A stretch of 64,000 bases of DNA from Camelus ferus (Eukaryota): the NCBI RefSeq assembly GCF_009834535.1, contig NC_045697.1:1986001-2050000 (forward strand). The letters are read 5' to 3'. Position 1 is the first letter of the stretch; each line of letters opens with the position of its first letter. Shown here in pieces: positions 25,851 through 37,667 of the stretch. The notes under the pieces are model-generated. The model saw only the letters and a list, made by a program, of their open reading frames with translations, was not told the origin of the DNA and made no database searches. The translations under genes and the position numbers were made by a program.

Positions 25851-27379
25851 TAGCATTTGTTGCAGCATGCAGATACTAGTAATGGATTCACTTTTGTTTA
25901 CCTGAAAATGCCTTTATTTTGCCCTTATTTCTCAAAGCTATTTTTACTGGATGTAGACTTCTCAGCTGACAATTTTTCTTCCCATTCTTTTAAAAATGTT
26001 GCTCTTGTGTCTTGGGGCTTCCGTTGTTTCTGTTAAGAACTCAGTCATTTTTATTATTGTAGTAATATAAGTCATCTTTTTTTCCCTCTGAATGCATCTA
26101 AGATTTTAGGTTTTGTTTCCAACAATTTGCATCTATGTTTGTTTTCTTTGTGTTTATCCTTTTTGGGGTTTGTTGAGCTTAGGGATCTATGGATTGATTT
26201 TCAAAAAACCAAACGAGAAAAATGTGCCCATTTCTTTTCATGTATTTCTCCTATTTTCTCTTTCTAGGACTCCAATTACAAGTATGTCACATCACTCGAT
26301 TTTATCTCATAGGCCACAGGCACGCTTGTCCTTTTGCTCAGTGTTTTTTCCCCTCTCTGTGATTTGATTTGGAGTATTCATATTGATCTGTCTTCAAGTG
26401 CACTGAAATTTCCTTTTTCAGTGTCTAGAAGCCTGGCCAATAATTTTTATTTCAGATATTGTGATAACGTAGTTTTCAGTTATTGAATTTCTTCTGAGAT
26501 TCTAGCGTTTCCATTTGTCTTCTGATATCCCCCATCTCTGTATCTGTTATTTCTATCTTTATCCTTAGATTGTAGTGCATAGCTATATATTGTTTCATAT
26601 TATGTGTCGGTTAATTTCAGTTCTTGGCTCACCCTGGTCTGCATCTTCTGATTGTGTTTGCTTCTAATGACAGGTCGAAGTTTCCTGCTTCTTCACGCTT
26701 CTTGTAATTTTTTATTTCATTCCAGACATTGTGTGCAAATGAACAGTAGCAACTGATATGTAATATTTTGCTTTGATTTTGTTCTGCACAGAATGCAAGC
26801 CATGTCCTCAGTTTGAGTGAAAGGCTTATCATTCAGATTCCTCCAAAAGTCAAGTTTAATTATATTCAGTTTGCTTACTTTTAGCCTAAATCTCCACCTC
26901 CCACTGCCCTGCAGCCTTTTTGATCTCGTCAGTGTTCGAGCCAAGAGGCCGAGTTCAGTGTCAGGCATACTCGGTTCACCTCAGCTTTTGCTCTGGCAGA
27001 GCACTGGCATCACAGCCCCGTGGGCGCTGGGAGAGCGGACTTCTGTCCGCTGCCCGAGCCTCTCCTCTCACTTTCTTTACAAAACCTGGGTCTGGGTGGG
27101 AGAGGGCAGGCCTTAGTGACTTGCCATCTAAGACGGCCGTTTCTCCCCATCCCTGCCCCTCCACCTGCTTGTCTGCGGCCCACGCTCCCGTTCCAGGCGT
27201 GGACGTCGCTGCCATACTCTGTTCTTGATGAATTAACTGCTCGCCTTTCTCAGGAATTCTGTTCATAAACGATTCCTTGCACCCACTGGTCTACTAACCC
27301 CATAGAAAAGTGAAACTTTTCCCTCTGGATTTTTCTTACTGTTACGACGGGAGTGGAAGCCCACGTGGAGAGGAAGCCC

Positions 27380-28960
27380 CTTTTCTTTCCTTTGTGAAGC
27401 TCCCCGTTGAAAGAACTTAGGTTAAGGTCCACGATAGATGAGCAGATCCGCCACCTCCTCCGTCGCAGGCGAAGTGAATGCCGTAGATTCCCACGGGATA
27501 CATGCTGACGTCCGCTTGCCTTGCTTGTGTCCAGAGGTCCTCGGAAATCAGCAGAGCCTTCGCTGCGGTTTCCTGCGTCGGCTGGGGGGCATTTTGCGAT
27601 GCTGAGGGTCCACATCCCTCATCTATTTACGGGCAGTGGGGCTGGAGCTGGCAGTGACGTGCGCCACCTCTATGTCAGACCCACAACACGGTAGACACTG
27701 GACGCTAAAGCTGTGAATTGTTTATTTAATAACATTCGATTAAATTTTCAGCAATGAAATAGAATGATTTTACTCTTATTTAAATACTTTAAAAGATTGT
27801 CAGGGGGAGACTGTGCTTATGGTGCTGTTGTGATGCATAAAGGGAAACATAAACAAGCCAAAATTTTGGCCAGAAACCCAGAAAGCTCCTCCGTGCCAGC
27901 GCTGGCACGGAGCCTGAGTTCATTACTGGGAGACGTGGCTTTGAGGATGCCAGCGGTGATGACGTGCTTGGGAACAGGACAATGGTTGCACTCGGTGGCT
28001 TCTGCATCTGCCCAAAGACAGGCCCTCTTGATGAAGCATGTGTCATATTTGGCCTTACACTCACCCTCAGCAGCACAAAAAGAATGTCATTAAATGCTGT
28101 TAAAGCAATTAGATTTAATTTATACAAGATTCAATCTGCATTACAGGAGTTAAGTGAAATAGCAGAACATCTCAGATAAAGATGAATGTGGTCTTCAGAG
28201 GAAAATGAAACAGGTTTCAGATTTGCTTTATTCTAGTCTTTGGTATGTTGATTGCTAGTGATAACCTTAGAAAAAGCTTACCAAAAAAAGAAAAAGAAAA
28301 AGAATTATACAAGGTTGACTCTTTCATGTTTAAAAAATGAAAAACTTTTCTTTTATTGGGGAGAAAATAGCTTTTCTCCATCAAAAAAAAAAAAAAAAAA
28401 ACAACTGCATGTAAAACAAGCAACAAAAATAGCGTTCTAGTAAAATGCAAGGACACCAGAAGGAAATGGAAATGCCTGCGTGATGGAGAAGGAGATGATC
28501 TGTGTAAAAACAACCTGAAGTCGTTCCTTAGATGTTGTCCTCTGTCCTTTTAGATTAAGCCATAATCTCAGTTGAAGAGAGATTTGAATAAATTGAGTAA
28601 TATTTTGGTATTTTAAAAATAATATCTCAACATTGAAAATCTGAAATGAGAACTTTAGAAATCCTGCATGAAGCTAGATACAGTTTTAAGAGAAGGTGAA
28701 AATCTTGCCATGTGATAGTGGTTTCTATGATGAAATTAAACTAGATTGTAATGTTTTCTGTGATAATGAGAATGTATTGCACGCAACCCCACAGCATTTG
28801 AACATGATGCATAAAACCTGTGGTTCTTTTTCAACTGTAAATGTTTGCTTTTGCCTCAGCAGAGAAAAGCTTCTTCAAATTGAAAATACAACACAAATTG
28901 AAATCTAGATTATAACAATGTAATTACAGATTTTGCTAAAATGAACACAGGAAAAGTTTT
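27380..28960 (+). mobile_element. Fossil hAT transposase (Tip100 group; Zaphod/Arthur-like, related to the ZMYM1/THAP12 transposase domain)
   Basis: Manual translation gives ordered hAT motifs: KELRLRSTIDEQI (~27411), LALLVSRG (LAFRG-like), GFLRRLGAFCD (GNFL..L..FD-like), HKGKHKQAKILARNPESSSVPALARSL (KGKHKGVQA.I...NP.A.FVPC.AHSL-like), NAVKAIRFNLYKIQSALQEL, EERFE, ASAEKSFFKLK (28853-28885, dimerisation domain) and TDFAKMNTGK. Multiple stops and frameshifts. Confidence 0.78.
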
Positions 28961-29119
28961 TTGTAATAACTATCATTTGCTATATTTATAAATTTATGAA
29001 TAGAGCATTGTTTTCTGTTATTACCCATCCAGTCACAGTGGACCCATAAAAACCTAGACATAAGTAACAATACATAGTTGTGATATTTTGCTATTGTGTG
29101 GTCGTATAAAAGCCATAGC

Positions 29120-30140
29120 TTATGAAGACATACGAATGGCCAATATGCACCTGACAGGGTGCTCAACATCATTAACCATCAGAGAAATGCAAACCAAACC
29201 CATAAAGAGATACCATCTCATACCCATCAGAATGGCCACCAAAAAAAAAAAACAAAAAACAAAAAACAAAAAACCCCAGAAAATAACAAGTGTTAGCAAG
29301 GATGAGGAGAAGCTGGAATCCTCATGCACTGTCTGTGGGATGTAAAATGCCTTTGCACAAAACAGCATGGTGGTTCTTCAAAAAATTAAAAACAGAATTA
29401 CCATATGAATCAAAATTTCCACTTCTTGGTATAAACCCCAAAGAACTGAAAGCAGAAACTGGAACAGATACTTGTACACCCACGTCCACAGCCACATCCT
29501 TCACAACAGCCAATGTCCGCTGACAGATAAATGGATAAACAAAATGTGGTCCATCCACACAATAGGATCATTCAGCCCTGAAGAGGAAGGAAACCGTGAC
29601 ACCTGCTGAACATGGATGAACCTGGAGACGTGATGCTCAGTGAAATAAGCCAGACACAAGAAGAGAAATCCTGTGTGATTCCACTAATATGAGGTCCCCA
29701 GAGGAGTCAAATCCTTAGAGACAGAAAGTAGAGTGGTGGGCACCGGGGGAGGGGGAGGGGGAATTAGTGTTTAACGGGGGAAGAGTTTGGGAAGATGAGA
29801 AAGTTCTTGTGCGTGGGTGGTGGTGACGGCTGCACAACAGTGTGAATGCACTTAATGCCACTGAGCTGTGCACTTAAAAATAGTTAATGAGATTTGCAAA
29901 TTTTAGCCACTATATATAAAAATAGATAAAAAACCAAATTTCTTCTGTATAGCACAGGGGACTGTATTCAATATCTTGTAATAACCTTTAATGAAAATGA
30001 ATATATGTGTGTATATGCGTGACTGGGACGTTGTGCTGTGCACCAGAGACTGGCACACTGCAACTGACTGTACTTCAATAATACAAAAAAATAGTTAAGA
30101 TGGTAAATTTTATGTTTGTCTATCTTACCACAATTTTTAA
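29120..30140 (+). mobile_element. L1MB-like 3' fragment
   Basis: ORFs 29088-29345 and 29290-29523 are the L1 ORF2 C-terminus ([31 protein letters not shown]). 3'UTR GATGGTAAATTTTATGTT...TTTAAA. Confidence 0.88.
29888..30086 (+). mobile_element. Young L1 3'-end insertion nested in L1MB, with perfect 12-bp TSD
   Basis: AAAAATAGTTAA at 29876-29887 and 30087-30098 brackets CTGTATAGCACAGGG...CAACTGACTGTACTTCAATAA. Confidence 0.88.
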
Positions 30141-30375
30141 ATATTGGGGAAAATACCCATTAGCTTTAGCTCCGTTTTTCCATTTTGTTTTGTGGGAATT
30201 TTGTCAAGATGGAAGGACGAAAGGATGTTACCAAACATTGCACTGGCTTCACTTACATGTACTGGTATTTGGGCAAACGGGGCAGTGTGGTTCCCATGAC
30301 TCTGGGGCGGTGAGTATCGGGGTGCCGTGGACGTGCTGGCGGCTGCAGGGACCCTGCCCCTGGATGCTGGGGTCC

Positions 30376-30655
30376 TAGTCTGTCGGGGCGGCTTCTACAA
30401 TGTCCCCCCGGGGCTGGGGGCTTAGAAGACAATCAGAACTCCTCAGAGCTCTGGAGGTGGGGAGCCAAGACCGAGGCACTGGCAGGTCCGGCCTCTGGTG
30501 AGGACCCGCTTCCCGGTGCATGGACAGCGTTGTCCCACCGCGTCCTCTAGTGACCCAGAGGGCAGGGAGCTCCCTGGGGTCCTGTTCATAAGGGCACTCA
30601 AGGCACTCGCGAGGGCTCTGCCGTCTCCAGGACACAGACATCCAGGCCACAGCAC
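30376..30655 (-). mobile_element. MLT1-type (MaLR) solo LTR
   Basis: CTCTGGAGG...CTGGTGAGGACCCGCTTCC...GGGAGCTCCCTGGGGTCCTGTTCATAAGGGCACT is reverse-strand MLT1. Confidence 0.7.
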
Positions 30656-33600
30656 CGAGCCCTGGGATTCCGCTGACGAGGAGGCTGACCCGCCCCGGAG
30701 CCGGAGCTGGCTGACACCTGAGCTTGGGGGCGCGGGTCCGGGCCCGGCCAGCCTCGCCGACACTCCTCCTCGGGAACGGCGGGAACAGACGCACGCCCGG
30801 TGGCCGTGCTTGCCGCTCCTCTGGGTGCTGGCAAGCTGGGCCTGCGGTGTGAACGGACCAGAGCTTGGAGCAACTTGAGGAGGCAGGCAGGGCAGCCCAC
30901 TGGGAGGCTGGAGGCCAGGCTGGGCACTGTCGCCTGAGCCCCGGGCTCCAGGCTGTGAATGGGCAGGAGCAAGACGTGGGGGGCAGAGGATGGAAAGGCT
31001 GGCAGGGACAGCACCCAGCACCACCAGGTACCCAGGGGCACCCACCAGCCATGGCCTTGGTGCTGATCCTGCCCAAGGGAATTTGGCACAGACAGGGCCC
31101 CTCCAGACGCAGGCTCGCCGGGCCAGCTGCTTCAGCTTGTGCACACAGGGGAGACTGATGCAGAACAAGGAACGGGCCATTTAAAAAAGGGGTGCTGGTT
31201 CCTCCAAAGTCCTCGTCTGAAACGCGAGTCCCTGTGTCCTCCTGGGGGCAGAGCGCGGGATGAGACTTCATCGCGGCATCGCCAAGATCTCAAAGTGCCA
31301 TGTTTAGAAATGACCCCCTTGTCATTTCCATGTTTTGCGGCGATGTTTCTGATTTCTTATTTATTCTCTGTGAAGGAAAACACAACCTCCTAACATGCAT
31401 TTCCCCACAGTAAGTGCGTTTCCGGCAGGATGAGTTCTGTTTCAGCTGTGTCTAGGTGCTTCAGGAGAAAAAGCACTTCGAAGTCGGGTCCCCACGGGAG
31501 GGGTTGTTCACACCCCGCAGGGGCCCCCTTTCCTGCTTCGTGAACTTGCCCGCGTGAGCCTGCCTGTCCCGGGCCACCAGCGGCCCCTGTGGTCTTTCCT
31601 GGGGCCTCAGGGGAAAGCGGAGCACTTCTGGTGCAGAAACGTTGTACTCTGGTTGGCGAGCGCATGTTCTGCTCTGAAGCAGTATGGTCTGTTTCGCTAA
31701 TGCATACTCTATTTGGTAACAATGTCCCTAATGAGTACAAGTTCTATTTAGTAACAATATGCTGTATTTAATTAATTTCATGTGTTTCAGTTAAATACAA
31801 CATATGCTTCATTTGATTTATTCTGTCCACCAATCCTAGGGGATTCTAAAACACAGGGTACAGCTGGTGGATTGTGCAGACGTTCAGAGTCAGGTGGTCT
31901 GCCCAGCCCGGAAGGCCAGGGAGGGGCGGCTTGGAGCCGAGGATTTCGGGGTGGGGGTGAGCAAGGCCCAAGCTGGGGGCACTTGGCCCCATGTCCAACT
32001 CCCTGTGTCCCCAGCTGCCCTAGCTAGCCCCTGGGTTCCATGCCAGCCTTGCCCCCTGGTTCTTAGTCCCCGTCTCCTCTCCTGCCCCCACTGCTGCCTC
32101 GAGCCTCTCGAACCCAACGCGTCCCTCCTTGAGGCTGGGTCACTGTCCCCACTCCCCAGGGTCACCGCTGCCCCTCTTGTTGTCCCCACAACACACACAG
32201 CCAAGAGCTCTTCTGGGAACACACATCTGCCCAGGGGCCTGGACATGGTTCCCAAACACTACCTGAAGCAACCCTCTTGGCCTGCCAGCCCCCTGGGCCA
32301 TCTCACCTGCTGGGCTGGTCGGCCAGGAACCCCTGGAGCCTCCTGCTCTCCCGCCCTAAACACTTGTCCCCAAGTCTGGCACGTGCCTGGTATGGATGGA
32401 CACTCAGACATCTACCCTCTGATGGTCCTTCCTGTACAGGAGTGCCGGGTGGAGGTGGGTGGTCCGGGGGGTGTGAGACAGACCTGGACTTGGCCCCTAC
32501 AGAGTGCTGGACCGGTGACAGGGTGTGTGTGACTTCTGGGCGGAGCCCTGATAGTGAGGAGGCAGCTGATGGTCGTGAGGGCGGCTTCCTAGCCATCCGG
32601 CCAAGGACAGGCACGTGGGGCGGGTACCTACTGGGGAGAAGGGAGAGGACCTCGGGTCATGCTGGTGGCTTGACCACCGGCTTTCTGAACTGGCCTTGTT
32701 TCCAGCTGCACAGGGGATGCCTGGCTGTAAGGCCTAAGCGCCAATCCCCTCAACTTCTTGGAAGGCAGAAAGGGGCCTTGTAGAGGGGATCCTGGAACAT
32801 TGGCCTTGGGACTCGGACAGCAGGGCCCCTGGGGATTCTGAGCAGGGATGGCAGGGCTGAGGCAGGCTCGGGAGAGGGCCCTGGCAGTGTGTGTCCACTG
32901 GCCTTCTGCTGATGTCCCAGGGCTTAGGAAGGGGCTGTGTGGAGCTGCGCCAGGCTCTGGGAGTCAGATCCCAGCTCTTGCACTTGGCAGTGGTCTGTGT
33001 GGGACCCTTCTGCGATGCCGGACAGTGGAGTCAGGCGAGCCTGGGGTCTCTCAGACCAGGAGGAGACCCCCCATCACAGGTCACAGCTTGTAGTTGCAGA
33101 TAAGTTACTTTGTGCAGAAAAAACTTTTTAAAAAAATTACAAGGGGTTAGGTAAATTGGAGAATTTCTGGACAGAGCAGGGAGCCAAACCCAAGATGTGA
33201 CCTGTACAGGGACAGTGACACAGGAGAAATGTGGACCACATGTGCTCCCTTGCTGAACCAATCCTTCTGGGATAGGGCTGGCTCCCGACAGATGGTTTCG
33301 CCAGGGTGGAGCCAGGTCAGGGACTCCCCCCATAGGATCCCTGACTCCACAAGGCAGGGTATCACCAGGAGGGTCCTGTGAGTGGCCGAGTAGTCTTTCT
33401 GTCCAATTCTGTATTTGGGGGCCAGGGAAATACCCATGGGGATCTGCGGGCCCACTGTTGCCTCATGAGATGGACTTGGTCAATTTCCATATGAGCCCCA
33501 ACTATAACCAGAGGACAGAGCGGGGCTTGGGTTATCCCAGAACCAGTATCATCTCAAACTCTAAAAGGAACAATTCTCAAAAAGCCTGGGTGTCCTCCTT

Positions 33601-34814
33601 TCTGGGACCAAGTTACCTGGCAAATTGGCTGGGCCCTAGGGGAAGGCTGGGAGACAGGCCAGCTAGAGGGAGTGGCATGGCAGGGTCCTTCTGCAAAAGG
33701 GCTCTGGGTCCTTGAACTGAGATCTGGGGACGGTAGAGGGGTGGTGGCTTTCTGCTGGGGCAGCTGGCAGCAGCCTTCTGCTCACCAGCCCTCCTTTTCT
33801 GTAATTATGGAAAATGACCAGCACCAGTGAACTGCCCGCAACAGCATTGCCTCAGACCTCTGAGGGTCGGGCCCCGCCGGGCTGCCCACCCCAGCAGCTC
33901 CACCACCTTTCCCTGCCAAGGAAGCCCATCCACTGGCTTCTGGAACCCCTCCTGTGCTGTGATAGGAGGAACCAGCTATGGCAGCCTGTCCGCTGTTGGC
34001 CCAGCCCGCGAGGGACGCCACCAAGGCCCCGGATGTGCTGGGGCACTCTGCAGGGGACATTTCTTGGGCTGAGTGACCATGCACCTTATTGCCCCAAATG
34101 GGACTCCCTCTGGAGAGAAAGGGGAGCTGTTACTAGTACAGAGGAAGTGTGAGGACAGCAGGTGGCTTCCGGGCAGAGTCACTGACCTCTGTCCACCTTG
34201 AAATTAAAACAGTCGGTTAGTTATTTTATAAGTGACAAGGGTTCCTTCAGGAATAGCAGATGAATTGCAATTTGGGACATGCAAGCTACGACAGAACCAG
34301 AAGCAAGTCCGGCAAGCAGAGGAGGGAAAGTTTACTTGAGTGAAATGGAAGACATTGGGAGGGGCTGCTTTGGAGAAAGTCCTTTAAAGTAAAGTGAGAG
34401 TTCAGGGTGGTGGAGGCTTCTCACTGGCTGGGGCTGTTGCCGGGTGGAGAGAAAATCTTACTCTTGCTGGGAGGCAGGTGAGGCTGTCCCCAGAGCTGGC
34501 CCGCAGCCCCTGGCCTTCCACTCAGTAACGTGTGGACTCCATCTCTGGACAGCTGGAACAGCCTCATTTTGAGCTACCTGACCGGAGAGAAAGGATGAGG
34601 AGGGAGACCTCGAGACCCTTCTTTCTCAGGGTACTCATTGGCCAGCCATTAGCCCTTGGGAGGCTAGAGGGGAACCAGGACCCACCTCCCACGGCAAGGG
34701 CTTCCCCTGGGTCTGGGTGTGGGGCCTGGGCAGCAGAGTGGGACGGCTCACCTGTCCTGGACCTCGTGTGGGCCGGCTTGGCCAGCACAGGTAGTCGAGG
34801 CAGCAGCAGCACCC

Positions 34815-35135
34815 ACTATAGGCCGTCCGTCCCCCACAGTTCATGTGTTAAAGCTCTAACCACCATGGGTGTTAGGAGGTGACGAGACCAGGAGGGTGGA
34901 GCCCTCAGTGCGGGGTGAGTGCCCTTATAAAAAGAGACAAGGGTGAGCTTTTGCTCTCTCTCTCTGCTCTCCACCATGTGGGAAGACAGCCCTCAGCAAA
35001 CCAAGAAGAGGGCCCTCACCAGACTCCAGGTCTGTCGGCACCTTGATCTCAGAACGCCAGGCGCCTGTTGTCTCCCTCCTCCCCCCACCCCCAGTCTGTG
35101 CTACCCGTCATGGCAGCCCCAGCCGACCAAGACGT
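34815..35135 (+). mobile_element. MLT1A-type solo LTR
   Basis: GGGTGGAGCCCTC...GTGCCCTTATAAAAAGAGAC...GAGGGCCCTCACCAGA...GGCACCTTGATCTCAG...ATGGCAGCCC..ACCAAGAC. Confidence 0.8.
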
Positions 35136-35239
35136 ATGGCATCCGACACTCTCTGCTGCACACTCAGCCAAGGCTCAAGGCACAGGTAGGGCTGGGCGCA
35201 GCTAGGTGACCTGCAGAAGAGTCATGTGTCCCCACCCTG

Positions 35240-35580
35240 GTAAGTGCTGCTCCAATAGCACCACAAACTGGTGGCTCAGAAACAGCAGCATTTTATTTCT
35301 TGCGCTTTGGAAGCTGGAAGTCCCAGATCAAAGTGTGGGCAATTTCAGCATCTGGTGAAGATTTGCTTCTTGGTTCACAGACAGTTGTCTTTGGTCTGTG
35401 TTCTCACATGACCCAAGGGGTAAGGGAGCTCTCTCGGGTCCCTCTTATAAGGGCACTAATCACATTCACGGGACTCCACCCTCATGACCTCACCACCTCC
35501 TAGAGGCTCCATCTGCAAACACCATCACATTGGGGAACAGCTTCATCATGTGAATTTGGGGGACAATTTTAGTCCATAGC
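35240..35580 (-). mobile_element. MLT1A-type solo LTR
   Basis: CACCACAAACTGGTGGCT...GGAAGCTGGAAGTCCCAGATCAAAGTG...TTATAAGGGCACTAATC...TGAATTTGGGGGACA...TCCATAGC. Confidence 0.85.
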
Positions 35581-36379
35581 TGTGTTGTTGTAGAGACCAT
35601 TGGCTCCAGGGCCTGAGAGCACTCCACTTCCCGCCCTCTGCTCAGCAGAGCGCAACAGCCCTCCTGACGGCCACCACACTTCTGCCAACGAAGCCCCACA
35701 TCCCAGGATGCTATCCAGAGGTTTCATTTGCAAATATAAGGGGAAGATGCATCCTGTCAACATGTCAGGTAGTGAGAAACTTGTCCTTTGCTGTCATCTT
35801 GGGAGCATTAAAGGGACTGTGAAACGTAACTTAAAATTTTGATTTTTCCAGGGAGGGGCTTGAAGTGTGATGGTTGGTGTATTTGTCACGATGACTTAAC
35901 ATACAGCCCAGGAGGCTCCAGCCAGCTGCAGTCGGGAGTCCTGGGCTGGATTTTTTCCCCACACTTAGTTTGTACAACAAATGCCCAGCAGACCGTTTCC
36001 TGAAAATACTCTGGCTGGTCACTGTGACTAAAGGGAATGGAATTTCCAAAGAAAGAATGATTGCTGGTGAAGAAGACAATTGGAGGCAGGGGGAGAGCCA
36101 ACCCTGGACGGTCTTCCGGGACAAGGCACGGCATCTGGACAGCTGAGGGGGAGCAGGCCCCCTTGGGACCTCCAGGGCAGCCTGGGTCGTGCTGAACACA
36201 GCCTGCCTGGCCTCTCCCCCGTGATGGGGGATCAGGGGGTGACTGCGCTCTGCTGGGAACACCACATTTCCCTTCCGCTTCCCCTCCTTTAAAAACAAGA
36301 CGATTTCCCGGTGTAATGCAGTCTGATGAGCATCAGGGTGTGCGGAGGACAGGGGAGAGGAGGGGGTAGGGTCCCCGAG

Positions 36380-37620
36380 GCGTGGGGCGCGGGGAAGCGT
36401 CAGTGCACCAACGGGGACACCGGGGGAGGGCGTGGAAGGGGACCTGGGGCAGGAGTGGATCCGGGCAGTGGGCACAGGGTGTCCACACCGGAGCCGGACC
36501 CGCCAGCTCGCGCGGGCAGCGGGAGTTCCGCCCCAGACCTAGGAGTCCTCGCCCTCAATTCTGCCCCTCAGGTCCCGCCCCTCCCACCACAGCAACGCCC
36601 CCTTCATGCCCCGCCCCTCAGGCTCCGTCCCTCGTCCCTTTCTACGCTCGTCCCCTGGAAGTGCCGCCACCCCATCCTGTCCACTGGACTCCCGGTCCTC
36701 GGAGGCTCCGCTCCATAGACCACGCACTCCGGCCCATCCTGAGAGCCGCCCAAGACCTCGGAGGCCACGACTCCGCCCCACCTCTCTCCTGAAAGTCCCA
36801 CGGCCCGCCCTCCCAAGGGTTCCGCCTCTTTTTAGACCCCGCCCCCATAGGCTCTGCCCCTATCAGACCCCGCCCTCCAGAGAGGTACCGCCCCTTCCAC
36901 GGTCCCGCCCCTCGTTGGCTCCGCCCCTCGTTGGCTCCGCCCCTCTCCGTCCCCGCCCTCCAGCCGGCCCTGCCCTGTCGGAGGCCCCACACTCGGCCAC
37001 GCCCACTCAGTGGTACCGCCCAACAGACCCCGCCCCCAGGCCCCGCCCACACAGGCCCCGCCCCTCGGTCCCGGGCGACGGCGGCGGCGACCGTTGGGCG
37101 CGAGGGCGGAGCGGATCGCGGCCGGAGAGCGAGCGGCCGGTAGGTTGCGGGCCGGGCGCTGGCCGCCCCGCCTCCGCTTTCTTTCTTCTCTGGGCGCGCG
37201 CTCGCGCCCTCCGCGGCCCGCCCCGCCCAGCGGAGCGGAGGGCTGCTGGGGGCGGCCGGCCCCTCAGGGTCCGGCTTGTAGGGGCCGCGGGCCGCCGCGG
37301 CCCTCCTTTTGTTCCCGGGCCCGACTCCGGGCCCGGTGGTGGGGCCGCCGCCTTGGTCCTTGGCGGGACAGGAGGGCCCGGGGCCGGGCCGGGGTCGGGC
37401 GGTCGTCCGGGCCGAGAGCGCGGGCCTGCTGTGCCCACCGCGTTCGCTCGGACGTCGGCCGAGCCCGTGCGCCCCAAGGCCCGAGTCTGCACGGGCTCCC
37501 AGTTTCCTGTCCTTCCGACTGGGCGGCCGCATTGTTTGGCCAGAGGCCGTCTCCAGAGACCCCTACTCTGGAGATGAACTGCAGCAACGCCGGTGCAGTG
37601 CCCTGTCGGCTTCCCGTTCC
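36380..37620 (+). promoter_or_regulatory. CpG-island promoter with dense GC boxes (probable RGS12 distal promoter)
   Basis: Very high CpG density. About 17 CCGCCC (Sp/KLF) boxes in one orientation between ~36525 and 37065. Its position downstream of MSANTD1 fits RGS12 by synteny. Confidence 0.8.
37070..37139 (+). other. RGS12: Putative non-coding first exon (RGS12 by synteny; start approximate)
   Basis: GGCGGC-rich, ATG-free segment immediately after the GC-box array, ending in a good donor CCG|GTAGGT (GT at 37140). No RGS12 coding sequence is in the window, so the name rests on gene order only. Confidence 0.5.
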
Positions 37621-37667
37621 AGGCTCTGTGCTGTGGCTCAGGGGTGCTTAAGTGAGACAGCGAGGCC

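Larger units (their letters stand above)
22150..26800 (-). mobile_element. Long decayed old L1 (ORF2 running towards ORF1) with small nested insertions
   Basis: T-rich + strand. ORF 23040-23231 KLKIEGNFLNLVKSIYEQPTANLILTGESLGIFPLR is L1 reverse transcriptase, and typical L1M blocks (CAACCTTGCATTCCTGGGATAA, TTTAGCCCATTTATATTTAATGTAATT) occur throughout. Confidence 0.8.
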
